Below, piece by piece: positions 23,297 through 32,303 of a DNA stretch of 64,000 nt. This DNA is from Candidatus Doudnabacteria bacterium. Its GTDB lineage: Bacteria; Patescibacteriota; Doudnabacteria; UBA920; O2-02-FULL-48-8. The stretch spans positions 3,642-67,641 of the forward strand of contig JACQHB010000006.1 in the NCBI GenBank assembly GCA_016199215.1, given 5' to 3'. The notes beneath the pieces were generated by a model. It searched no databases. It was not told the DNA's origin and saw only the letters and a list, made by a program, of their open reading frames with translations. The position numbers were made by a program, and so were the translations under genes. Within the stretch, counting starts at the first letter, position 1. Each line of letters opens with the position of its first letter.

Positions 23297-25734
23297 TATT
23301 CTTTGATTAATTCTAAGTTGCCTTCCCTTATCCTAATGGAAGAAAGTTTGCCGTAAGATGATTCAAAAAATCTTTTTACTTCCAGTGGCAGTCTTGTCAG
23401 AGCATTTTTTATTCTTCCTTGCGCCAAAAAACTGGCTCTTGATTGAATATGGCTGAAGTCCAGATTATTTTCATTATTCCGGATTTCGCCCTGCAATTTA
23501 ATCTTAAATCCGGAATAAACGAACTGGGCGTCAACTGAAGCCTTGTCTTTGCTGGAAGTCAGTTCAAAATTTTCAATCCTCGCAGCGCCTCCAATCCCGG
23601 CCATAATCAACCTTTTCAACTCATCCATTGGAACAATTATTTTCTTTTCCAGACTTTTTTCAAGAAAATCTTTCAGGACTTCTGCGGGGTTGTCAACATT
23701 AAAAGCAACCATGCCATCCGAATATATCAAATCCGCGTTATTTGGCTGGAAATATTTTCCCCTCAATTTTTCCGGCGGAAACTGGGGCAGGACTTGCTCC
23801 AGGAGTTTTGCGCCTTTTTCGTTATCCGACGCGGAACTTCGTGGCGCCTCAATTATCTTGATCCCGTAACTATGTTCAAGTTGCGCAAATATTCCCCTTG
23901 CCCGCTCCCAAGCAGCCGGGCCGGCCTCTTCTTTCGCTTCTACCAAATCAAGCCCGAGATCTTCATATGCGGAACCGAGGACTTGCCGCAATTTGTCCTC
24001 TGGCACTCTTTCGATTAATCTTCGCTTAAGCTGTCTAATCTGGGCTTCGGCATCTTTCAAAGATTCAATCTGTCTGCCAGCAACAGATTCTTTGTAAACA
24101 TCAGAGTCTCCCCGGATTAGGGCGGCAAACCTTGGCCCAAACACTTCCTGGATTGCTTCAATGCTCACGCCGAATTCTTTTGCCAATTCTGCACCCCAAT
24201 TTTTAATTTCAGCTTCAACCGCTCTTCGTTGAGTTTCCTCCTCCCCCGACCCCAAAAGCTCTTTTTCTTTGTTGGCATATTCAATGGAAAGAATTATATA
24301 TCTTGTCGCAAGTTGTAGATTTTTAAGCTGGTCTTCGTATTTTTGAGCGAAATGAAAAATTGCCAGCCTTGTTTGGGCAAAGTCTTCTGGGCTTTTTGAG
24401 CTTTCAAGAATTTCTTTAAGTTTTTCTATATCTTCAAATGCCCTTTCCAGTGCCCTTTCCAGCCTTCCATCAGTTTTCTCGACTGGAGCCGTTTCAGCTT
24501 GCACCCTTGGAACGTCAGGGGCAATTTCCCTCCTCTTTCTGATCAAATCCCTGACGTTTTCATATTCCGCGCCCAAAAACATTTCTTGTTCGGTTTTTGG
24601 ATCAGTAATTGAGCCGAAATCCCTTTCTGCTCTTTCTTTCCAGGACTCGATCAATGCATGGATTTGCTCTAGTTGCTTCTTATTCGCGTTTTTGATCAAA
24701 AACTCCAGTTCCCTCAGCTCACCTATCAGGAGTTCTTCTTTTTGCCGCTTATCTGTTTTATCGTTTTTAACCCAAACCAAGCTTTCTTGGGCGGCAACAG
24801 GGGCAGGTCTTTTGTCTCCTAATTTTTGAGTTTTATTTTCGCCTAGCCACCGGCGATTCGCTGCCGCTATTTTTTCCTCACCCTCTTCCTCCTCCGATAG
24901 TTCTTCTGGCTCAGGATGTTTTGAAGCTCTTTCTTGAGCTTTTTCAGCGGCTTGTTTTACAGCATTTTCAAATTCCTTCTGAAATCTTTTTGCTTTTTTT
25001 TCCGCAAGCGGCGCATTAACTTTCGTTTCATAATGCCGACGGTATGTTTCGAGCTCTTTTATCATGTCCTCCAAGTATTTCCTTCGATCCTCGCTTAACC
25101 CTGCGGCAACTCCATTTTTCCGGCCAGTGTCAGAAAGCCTTTCTCTAAACGCGCTAATAAGGCTGTTGATCGCGTAAAGCCTCTCACGGTCGGAAATTTT
25201 ATTTGTATCCGCCCTGATCTTGTCCCATAATTTTTTTATTTGTTCATTATAGCCAATCCCTTCAGGCTTCTTGGCTTCAACCGCAAGAGGCTGGATTGCT
25301 TCCATGTTTCTAACTGGTTCTAGGACATCTTCCCGTTCAAAAGCATCTTGTGTCCGAACCTGGTCTTTTTTAAACCTCTGGTTAACTCTTTCTTTCAGTT
25401 GCTTAAGATTTAAAGCCTTGAGCTTTTGGAATTCCTCCTCGTCAAAAAAGCCTCGGGCTGAAGAAAGAAGGGCTAGTTTCTCTCGCTCAGTTTCGGCTTT
25501 TGTTTTCCGCAATTTTTTTGCTTTTGGTTCTGTCTGCGCAACATCTGGGGCTTGCTGTGCTTCTGCGAGTTTTTCCGCTGGTTCTTCAACTTGGGATACT
25601 GGGGCGATAACCTGAGGATCAGAAGATTCAGGCTCGCTATGATGTCGCTTTTCATTTGGCAATCCATTGGCAAAAACAGACTTTAACTGGCTTGCCAGGC
25701 TTTCGTTGAACGGTTTGTCATTGTTTCTGCTCAT
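23296..25734 (-). CDS. large uncharacterised, highly charged coiled-coil-like protein (812 aa)
   Basis: Long intact E/K/R/A-rich ORF. It shares nucleotide 23296 with the start of the downstream 827-aa ORF. Confidence 0.6.
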   Translation of the reverse strand: MSRNNDKPFNESLASQLKSVFANGLPNEKRHHSEPESSDPQVIAPVSQVEEPAEKLAEAQQAPDVAQTEPKAKKLRKTKAETEREKLALLSSARGFFDEEEFQKLKALNLKQLKERVNQRFKKDQVRTQDAFEREDVLEPVRNMEAIQPLAVEAKKPEGIGYNEQIKKLWDKIRADTNKISDRERLYAINSLISAFRERLSDTGRKNGVAAGLSEDRRKYLEDMIKELETYRRHYETKVNAPLAEKKAKRFQKEFENAVKQAAEKAQERASKHPEPEELSEEEEGEEKIAAANRRWLGENKTQKLGDKRPAPVAAQESLVWVKNDKTDKRQKEELLIGELRELEFLIKNANKKQLEQIHALIESWKERAERDFGSITDPKTEQEMFLGAEYENVRDLIRKRREIAPDVPRVQAETAPVEKTDGRLERALERAFEDIEKLKEILESSKSPEDFAQTRLAIFHFAQKYEDQLKNLQLATRYIILSIEYANKEKELLGSGEEETQRRAVEAEIKNWGAELAKEFGVSIEAIQEVFGPRFAALIRGDSDVYKESVAGRQIESLKDAEAQIRQLKRRLIERVPEDKLRQVLGSAYEDLGLDLVEAKEEAGPAAWERARGIFAQLEHSYGIKIIEAPRSSASDNEKGAKLLEQVLPQFPPEKLRGKYFQPNNADLIYSDGMVAFNVDNPAEVLKDFLEKSLEKKIIVPMDELKRLIMAGIGGAARIENFELTSSKDKASVDAQFVYSGFKIKLQGEIRNNENNLDFSHIQSRASFLAQGRIKNALTRLPLEVKRFFESSYGKLSSIRIREGNLELIKE

Positions 25735-25801
25735 AAATCTCTTATATTTTCTGTTTCAACTGCTGTTTCTTTTGCCTAATTATACCATAAATTCCTATTT
25801 T

Positions 25802-25830
25802 TTGACAAACACCAACATTATTGTTAGAAT
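25802..25830 (+). promoter_or_regulatory. sigma-70-type promoter TTGACA-17 nt-TAGAAT upstream of the CorA-like gene
   Basis: TTGACA at 25802-25807 and TAGAAT at 25825-25830. The ~50-nt leader contains the hairpin TCCCCG/CGGGGA. Confidence 0.6.
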
Positions 25831-25885
25831 TTGTTTACTGATCCCCGATCCAACCGGGGATGACAAACCCGAAATAAAAAACCAA

Positions 25886-26803
25886 ATGAGTTTAAAAATA
25901 ATTCACACGAAAAATCTGAAGTGGATTGATATTGTAAACCCGGGCGAAGAAGATATCGGGTATCTGAAGAACCATTTTCGCTTCCATCCGCTTGATTTTG
26001 ATGATGTGAAAACTCCGTCAACCAGAACCAAAATAGACGAATACGATCAATACCACTTTCTAATCCTGCTTTTCCCCAGGCTTGAAAAAAATACAAATGA
26101 ACTGAAGCCCGCGGAAGTTGATTTTTTTGTCGGAGACGGTTTCGTGATTACCATCCACGACGGGAAAATTAAAACTCTTGCCAATTTGGTCCACAACGTC
26201 TCGCAGTACGACAATTTAAGATTGCAATATACGTCGGATAATTCCGGTTTCCTTCTGTTTTCCATTTTGGAGCTTTTGTTCAAACGCAGCTTCCCCATCC
26301 TGGATACGATCAACCGCGAGATGGAAGCCGCTGGCAAAGAAATTTTTGAATCAAACGGCAAAATTTTGCAGGAATTGTCCCGCTTGAAAAAAAATATCAT
26401 TGTTTACCGGAGAGTCATGAAAATGCACAAATACGTGCTGACCAAGCTCATGCGCTCCAAAAATGAATATCTGGATTTTAAACTGGCGCGCAATTCTTTC
26501 CAAAACTTGATTGAATATGTGGAAAATATTTGGGACGTGCTGGCATCCGACAAGGAAACCGCGGAAAGTTACGAGGAAACAAACCAATCCCTGGCCGCGC
26601 ATCGCATGAACGATGTCCTCAAAACCCTCACTATTTTTTCAGTCATAATTTTCTTGCTGACTTTGATTGTTAATATTTTGGTTTTTGCTGACTACTCGTT
26701 TAAGTTTGCTTCTGTCCCCTTCGCGTTCCCCGCAAGCCTGATTTTGCTTGGTATAGTCACCCTAATTATGCTCGCGTTCTTCAAAAACAGACGCTGGCTC
26801 TAA
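25886..26803 (+). CDS. CorA-family divalent-cation transporter homologue lacking the GMN motif
   Basis: Start moved to ATG 25886 (MSLKIIHTKNLKWIDI). The CorA-like cytoplasmic domain is followed by RMNDVLKTLTIFSVIIFLLTLIVNILVFADYSF and a second TM. No G-M-N is present after TM1. Confidence 0.7.
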   Translation: MSLKIIHTKNLKWIDIVNPGEEDIGYLKNHFRFHPLDFDDVKTPSTRTKIDEYDQYHFLILLFPRLEKNTNELKPAEVDFFVGDGFVITIHDGKIKTLANLVHNVSQYDNLRLQYTSDNSGFLLFSILELLFKRSFPILDTINREMEAAGKEIFESNGKILQELSRLKKNIIVYRRVMKMHKYVLTKLMRSKNEYLDFKLARNSFQNLIEYVENIWDVLASDKETAESYEETNQSLAAHRMNDVLKTLTIFSVIIFLLTLIVNILVFADYSFKFASVPFAFPASLILLGIVTLIMLAFFKNRRWL

Positions 26804-26811
26804 TTTTCTGC

Positions 26812-26837
26812 AAAATTCCCGCGAAAGCGGGAATTTT
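26812..26837 (+). terminator. intrinsic terminator of the CorA-like gene
   Basis: AAAATTCCCGC-GAAA-GCGGGAATTTT, a perfect stem with a GAAA loop and a T-run. Confidence 0.8.
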
Positions 26838-26851
26838 GTTATACTATCACT

Positions 26852-28213
26852 ATGTTTAAGCTTTATAATTCCCTTTCAAGAAAAATAGAAGAATTCAAGC
26901 CGATCAAGAGCAAAAAAGTTGGCCTTTATACTTGTGGACCGACTGTTTATGATTACGCGCATATTGGCAATCTGCGGGCTTATATTTTTGGAGATATTCT
27001 AAAAAGAGTGCTTGATTACAATGGGTATAAAATTCAACACGTAATGAATATAACAGACGTGGATGACAAGACGATCAAAAAGTCACAAGAAGAAAAAAAG
27101 CCGCTTCCTCAAGTTACTGAATTTTTTACCGAAAAATTTTTGGAAGACCTCAAAGATTTAAACATCCTTCCTCCAGATAAGCTGGTGCGAGCAACTTCCG
27201 AAATATCCGGAATGATAGAGATGGTCAAAGTTTTGCTCGATAAAGGATTTGCCTATCAAACAAAAGAGGGTGACGTCTATTTTTCAATCGCAAAACTTCC
27301 CGATTACGGCAAACTTGCAAACATAAGCAAACAGGAACTTAAAACAAACGCCGAGGGAAGACTTTCGGATGCTGATGAGTACGACAAGGAAAACATCCAC
27401 GACTTCGCGCTTTGGCGCGCCCACGATTCTTCAGACAAAGATGTCTTCTGGGAAAGTCCTTTTGGCAAAGGCCGCCCAGGTTGGCACATTGAATGCTCGG
27501 TTATGTCTTCAAAATATTTGGGACAGCCTTTCGATATCCATGCTGGAGGAGTTGATTTAATCTTCCCGCATCATACGAATGAGATTGCCCAATCCGAAGC
27601 GGCAAATGGAAAACCTTTGGCAAATTACTGGATCCATTTTGAGCATCTGCTTGTTGATGGCAAGAAAATGGCAAAATCAGCGAAGAACTTTTTCAAGCTT
27701 GCTGATATTACAGATAAAGAATTTGCCCCCCTTGCTTTCCGTTATCTGCTGCTGACCACGCATTATCGCTCAAAGGTCAACTTTACTTGGGAGAGTTTGA
27801 CAGCCGCGCAAAACGCCCTGAATAATTTGTATGAACAAATATCCGCTTTTGAGCCCGCCGCGGTGGGATGCGCTGAATACGAACAAAACTTTCTGGACGC
27901 GATCAATGATGATCTGGATACACCCAAGGCTCTGGCAATCGTCTGGGACTTGGTTAGATCTGATTATCCCGGATCTGCTAAATTGCAAAGCCTGATTAAA
28001 TTTGACCAGGTCCTCGGACTTAGAATCAAAGAAGTTTGGGAAGAAGCAAAAGCAATTCCCGAATCGGTACAAAAACTGGTTAAGCAGCGAGAAACAGCGC
28101 GCGAAACAAAAGACTTCGCCAAAGCAGATGAGCTAAGGAAAAAAATTGAATCAAATGGGTATTTGGTCGAAGATACTGAAACGGGATTCAGATTAAAAAA
28201 GAAATATACTTGA
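26852..28213 (+). CDS. cysS: cysteine--tRNA ligase
   Basis: CGPTVYDYAHIGNLR (HIGH region), KMAKSAKN (KMSKS), and a zinc-site Cys pattern. Confidence 0.92.
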   Translation: MFKLYNSLSRKIEEFKPIKSKKVGLYTCGPTVYDYAHIGNLRAYIFGDILKRVLDYNGYKIQHVMNITDVDDKTIKKSQEEKKPLPQVTEFFTEKFLEDLKDLNILPPDKLVRATSEISGMIEMVKVLLDKGFAYQTKEGDVYFSIAKLPDYGKLANISKQELKTNAEGRLSDADEYDKENIHDFALWRAHDSSDKDVFWESPFGKGRPGWHIECSVMSSKYLGQPFDIHAGGVDLIFPHHTNEIAQSEAANGKPLANYWIHFEHLLVDGKKMAKSAKNFFKLADITDKEFAPLAFRYLLLTTHYRSKVNFTWESLTAAQNALNNLYEQISAFEPAAVGCAEYEQNFLDAINDDLDTPKALAIVWDLVRSDYPGSAKLQSLIKFDQVLGLRIKEVWEEAKAIPESVQKLVKQRETARETKDFAKADELRKKIESNGYLVEDTETGFRLKKKYT

Positions 28214-28353
28214 CCGATAAGCAAATATGCCAATAATTAAAGCATAAAAAGGCGGGCTTTTTGGGCCGCTTTTAGTTATCCACAAAAGAGTCCACTATTC
28301 ATCCCCATTTCCACATTGCTTTAGTTAAAACAGCTAAATATAATCATTGCAGT

Positions 28354-29766
28354 ATGGCTAAACGATCAACGGAAACAAACGAAATTGACCGCATAACTAA
28401 TAGGGTTCCCCCTCAGAATCTAGAGGCTGAACAGTCGGTTTTGGGCTCTTTGCTGCTGGATAAAGACGCGGTGATCAAAATCGCGGACATTGTGTATCCG
28501 GACGACTTTTACGATGAAAAGCACAAAATCATCTATCAGGCAATCCTGCGGCTTTATGATGAACGAAGCTCAATTGACGTGCTTACCGCTTCCAACAAAT
28601 TGGAAGAAGGAGCGTCCCTTGAAAAAATCGGCGGCCTAAGCTATCTGACCACATTGGTAAACTCCGTGCCGTCCGCGGCCCACGTTGCCCATTACGCCCA
28701 AATCGTAAGACGCAAAGGCACGCTTCGGCGATTGATTTCCCAAGCCACTGACATTGTCGCCTTAGGCTATCAGGAAGAGCAGGATTTGGAAACCCTGCTT
28801 GACCAGGCCGAGCAAAAACTTTTTTCAGTCTCCCAAAAATATCTCAAGCAAAATTTTGTCCCGATCAGCGATGTCTTGCACGAAACTTTTGACCGGTTGG
28901 ATGAGCTGCATAGGGAAAAAGGCAAACTTCGCGGTGTGCCTACTGGATTCAAGGATTTGGACAACAAACTGGGCGGCATGCAAAAATCGGATCTTCTAAT
29001 TCTCGCGGCCCGTCCTTCCATGGGAAAAACTTCCCTAGCGCTGGACATTGTCCGCAATGTTGCCATTACCGGGAAAAGGCCGGTCGCCATGTTTTCTTTG
29101 GAAATGAGCAAGGATCAGTTGGTGGACCGCCTGCTTGCGGCTGAAGCGGACGTGGATCTTTGGCGCATGCGCACTGGCGGGCTTTCTGATGTAGGCCCAA
29201 ACAATGATTTTGAAAGAATAGGGCACGCTTTAGGAAGGCTTTCGGAAGCGCAGATTTTTATCGACGATTCAGGATCATTGAACATCATGGAACTGCGGAC
29301 CAAGGCTCGCAGGCTGCAGTCAGAGCATGAACTGGACCTGATTGTGGTTGACTACCTTCAGTTAATGCAAGGAAGGTCTACGGAAAACCGGGTTCAGGAA
29401 GTTTCCGAAATCTCTAGATCCCTAAAAATTTTGGCCAAAGAATTGAACGTGCCCGTGCTGGCTATTTCCCAGTTATCCCGCGCGGTGGAACAGCGCGGCG
29501 GAGACAAAAAACCGCAATTGTCCGACCTTCGCGAATCAGGATCAATCGAACAGGATGCTGACGTGGTTATGTTTATTTACCGTGATGAGATGTACACTGG
29601 CAAAGAATCAAGAAAACCGCACATTGCCGAAATCCTGATCCGCAAGCACAGAAACGGCCCAACCGGAGAAGTGGAGCTTTTCTTTGACAGCGAAAAGACT
29701 TCGTTTAAAAATCTTTCCAAAACCCAAACCCCCGAAGAAGTCATGATGGACCAGATAATGGAATAA
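28354..29766 (+). CDS. dnaB: replicative DNA helicase
   Basis: PPQNLEAEQSVLGSLLLD at the N-terminus, Walker A ARPSMGKTS, and the RecA-like C-terminal domain. Confidence 0.92.
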   Translation: MAKRSTETNEIDRITNRVPPQNLEAEQSVLGSLLLDKDAVIKIADIVYPDDFYDEKHKIIYQAILRLYDERSSIDVLTASNKLEEGASLEKIGGLSYLTTLVNSVPSAAHVAHYAQIVRRKGTLRRLISQATDIVALGYQEEQDLETLLDQAEQKLFSVSQKYLKQNFVPISDVLHETFDRLDELHREKGKLRGVPTGFKDLDNKLGGMQKSDLLILAARPSMGKTSLALDIVRNVAITGKRPVAMFSLEMSKDQLVDRLLAAEADVDLWRMRTGGLSDVGPNNDFERIGHALGRLSEAQIFIDDSGSLNIMELRTKARRLQSEHELDLIVVDYLQLMQGRSTENRVQEVSEISRSLKILAKELNVPVLAISQLSRAVEQRGGDKKPQLSDLRESGSIEQDADVVMFIYRDEMYTGKESRKPHIAEILIRKHRNGPTGEVELFFDSEKTSFKNLSKTQTPEEVMMDQIME

Positions 29767-29767
29767 T

Positions 29768-30457
29768 ATGAAATTGATTGACAAAGGAGAATTAGCCAGA
29801 GAAAAAGGCCAAAATGAAAAGGCTTTATCGGTTTTAGATAAAGCTGTTTTCGTCGCTTCCCAGAAGAAAAATTACCCTTCCCTGCTCCAAGCCCTCGCGC
29901 ATAAACTTCTGGTCTGGAAGCATTTGTATTTGAAAACAAAAGATCCGGCTTTCCTTGAGCTGATGAAATCAGACGCGGAAGCTGGACTTGCGATCGCGAA
30001 AGAAAAAAAAGTTTCAAAAGAATTTCAGGCCGTTTTTTTGCTTCGAATCGGCCACTATTACCAATACGTTTCCAAATACAAGGAAGCGGTGAAGTTTACA
30101 AAACAAGCTGTAAATCTTATCGATGAAAAGAAATCAGGAAAATACGCGGAATATCTTGGGCATAATGGCTTGTCATTGACTTTATCAGGACAAAAACAAG
30201 GGTTAGCTATCCTTAGGAAAAGCTTGGAGATTATAAAAAAAGCTAAGAACCTTCGGCCTTTCCACAAACTTGTAATCCACACCGGGATTCTGATGCGCCT
30301 TGCCATAAGCTTGAACAAATTCAACAAAAAATCAGAAGCCAAAGACATGCTCGCGTCTGCTGAAAAATTGGCAATGATTTTGGCGAAAAAATACAAGATG
30401 CCTTTTCGGCTGTTCCAGTTAAACGAAATTAAAAAGAACAAATTAATTGTTTTCTAA
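29768..30457 (+). CDS. hypothetical helical-repeat (TPR-like) protein
   Basis: 229 aa, starting 1 nt after the dnaB stop. Repetitive helical pattern. Confidence 0.5.
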   Translation: MKLIDKGELAREKGQNEKALSVLDKAVFVASQKKNYPSLLQALAHKLLVWKHLYLKTKDPAFLELMKSDAEAGLAIAKEKKVSKEFQAVFLLRIGHYYQYVSKYKEAVKFTKQAVNLIDEKKSGKYAEYLGHNGLSLTLSGQKQGLAILRKSLEIIKKAKNLRPFHKLVIHTGILMRLAISLNKFNKKSEAKDMLASAEKLAMILAKKYKMPFRLFQLNEIKKNKLIVF

Positions 30458-30459
30458 CT

Positions 30460-30489
30460 ACAATTTTTGCTCGATCGAGCAAAAATTGT
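30460..30489. terminator. 30-bp perfect palindrome, bidirectional hairpin
   Basis: ACAATTTTTGCTCGA|TCGAGCAAAAATTGT, starting 2 nt after the stop at 30455-30457. Confidence 0.6.
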
Positions 30490-30510
30490 ACATCTTAATA
30501 TTTATCTTTT

Positions 30511-30565
30511 TAATTAAAACCGAAGAGCCGCGCTCATGGGAAGAACTCCCTAAGAGCGCGGCTCT
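30511..30565 (-). terminator. terminator of the 523-aa GC-rich gene
   Basis: 12-bp stem AGAGCCGCGCTC(30524-35)/GAGCGCGGCTCT(30554-65), followed on the minus strand by TCGGTTTTAATT. Confidence 0.6.
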
Positions 30566-30593
30566 GTTGTTGCCGCTTGCACACTCGCGGACC

Positions 30594-32165
30594 TTACGGA
30601 ACGCTGACCGCAAAGCCTGTGCCGAACGACCAACCTGGCTTGTCGCGATTCTGCTCGCGGCTTACTGCGGTTACGCGCAGCGCCTTGAGCGTGAGGCGTG
30701 GATTCAGTGTGAGATCCAGATCTCCGACAATCCTGCCCATGGTCATCTCCCGAAACGCGAAGAGTCCGGTTTCGTGCAGAACCGAGACGTCCACTGAAAC
30801 TGCTATCCTCCTTCCTGCTTTCCAGGCCGATCGCACGCCTGCCCAGAATTGAGTGGTCGAATTCTTGGCTGTATCGCGGGTCACGATCAGCCGATCGATT
30901 TCGGCATACGGAGTGAACGTGTGCCCTCGGATGCCAGTCGTTGCGAAGACCTGGCCTCCGAGCTGAACGATATTCCCCCCGCTGGTCAGCTCCACCCCTT
31001 GGACGAAGACCTTGCCGCGCTTGCCGATCCACCCGACGGTTCCGTCAAGCTCATCCCCAAAGGAATGATTGCTCGTGAATGTCTTCGAACCCCAGGCGTC
31101 CACAAACCAGCCGCTATGATGCTTGAAAAACACATCGGTCTGTACCACGGGCCCCCTGTATGCTTCGATACCGTTCATAGTCTGGTACCTATCGCGAACA
31201 AGGGTCATAACTTGAAGCGTGAACTGAGGTTGGTTGTCTGAGGGCGATCCGATCAACACGATCGGCGCCTGCTTCTTCTTGCCGCCGTCATCCTTCTTGA
31301 TCTGGGCCGACGCGGTTGCCGGCAGGAACGACAGCATGGCCGATAGTACGAAGGCAAGCCTTCTTGTTGCCGCGGCAATTGCCTTGGCTGGCTCTCCTGA
31401 CGGATAGAACCAAATGCCAGCCGGCCAGAAGAACATCCATAAGGCCGTCATATCCGGCGTCCGCAGCAGCATCCATGGGTCGATCTCCAAAAGCTGCATG
31501 CGCAGGGCAAACAAGCCCAGCGACAAGACCATGGACATCAGCTGGCTGGTCAGGAGCCACCACCCCACCTGGCCCCAGTGCAGCTCGAAGTCTGAATCTC
31601 CCTGATAGGCAATTTTGTCGACGCCTGACTCCCTCATCATTCGGGTAAAATCATCCGCGTCTTTCCCGTACGACTTGGAGTTTAGCAGGCCGCCATCCCT
31701 AGCCAGGAAGTTTGCCAGATCGTTTGTCGCAAAATTGATCGCGCCGCGAAGCTCGGTTTCAAGCCCGATCGTCTGATGCAGCTCGCATCCTGTTGGCCAC
31801 TTCGGGTCATCTCCCGCAATCCGAGCACCCGGGTCAGCCGCAATGCCTCGGGCATCGGCCAGGGAACTCTTGCCATGCGGCAGCGACTTCTCAAGCAGCA
31901 CCAGCCTCTTCATATTCTCGAAGTGCTGCTTGCCGGTATAGGGGCCCCTCCAGTCAGTGATCCTCAACCGCAGGTCGTTGACTTCATGCACCGCTGCGTG
32001 CATCTCCTTTTCGCTCAGCCAATGGCCAAGCGCCGGAGAATAGTAGGTAGTGGTCGACAAGTTGAAATTGCTGGCATTAACCCAGCCGATCGCAACTATG
32101 CCTACCAAGCACAACAACGCAAGAACTAAGTGTTTCCGCACTGATTCTCTCCTTTTAGTTGGCAT
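30594..32165 (-). CDS. hypothetical protein (523 aa), GC-rich, with an internal signal-peptide-like segment
   Basis: N-terminal TM (LVLALLCLVGIVAIGWV), mid-protein TMs, then RRLAFVLSAMLSFLPATASAQ. A ~230-aa region with alternating beta-strand-like pattern follows. Confidence 0.55.
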   Translation of the reverse strand: MPTKRRESVRKHLVLALLCLVGIVAIGWVNASNFNLSTTTYYSPALGHWLSEKEMHAAVHEVNDLRLRITDWRGPYTGKQHFENMKRLVLLEKSLPHGKSSLADARGIAADPGARIAGDDPKWPTGCELHQTIGLETELRGAINFATNDLANFLARDGGLLNSKSYGKDADDFTRMMRESGVDKIAYQGDSDFELHWGQVGWWLLTSQLMSMVLSLGLFALRMQLLEIDPWMLLRTPDMTALWMFFWPAGIWFYPSGEPAKAIAAATRRLAFVLSAMLSFLPATASAQIKKDDGGKKKQAPIVLIGSPSDNQPQFTLQVMTLVRDRYQTMNGIEAYRGPVVQTDVFFKHHSGWFVDAWGSKTFTSNHSFGDELDGTVGWIGKRGKVFVQGVELTSGGNIVQLGGQVFATTGIRGHTFTPYAEIDRLIVTRDTAKNSTTQFWAGVRSAWKAGRRIAVSVDVSVLHETGLFAFREMTMGRIVGDLDLTLNPRLTLKALRVTAVSREQNRDKPGWSFGTGFAVSVP

Positions 32166-32303
32166 CCGGGTGTGCGTACCCGAAGCTCATAATCTTACAT
32201 CAAAACCGCAAGCATTTCAAGACTTAAAAAACGAACAAGCCCTGGCTGTCGCGACACATTTCGTCGCGAACAGCCGGGGCTTCTTGCAGAGTTCATGGCA
32301 GGA

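Noticed and set aside
25667-25885. N-terminal 73-codon extension of the CorA-like ORF in the track (start at 25667).
   Set aside because: The extension overlaps the divergent 812-aa gene start and the promoter (25802-25830) and is low-complexity. The CorA-like sequence begins at the ATG at 25886.
28214-28353. Origin of replication (oriC) call at the DnaA-box cluster upstream of dnaB.
   Set aside because: There are only three boxes, with no dnaA/dnaN nearby, no AT-rich 13-mer-type unwinding repeats and no consistent gene-orientation switch centred here. It is kept as a low-interest observation only.
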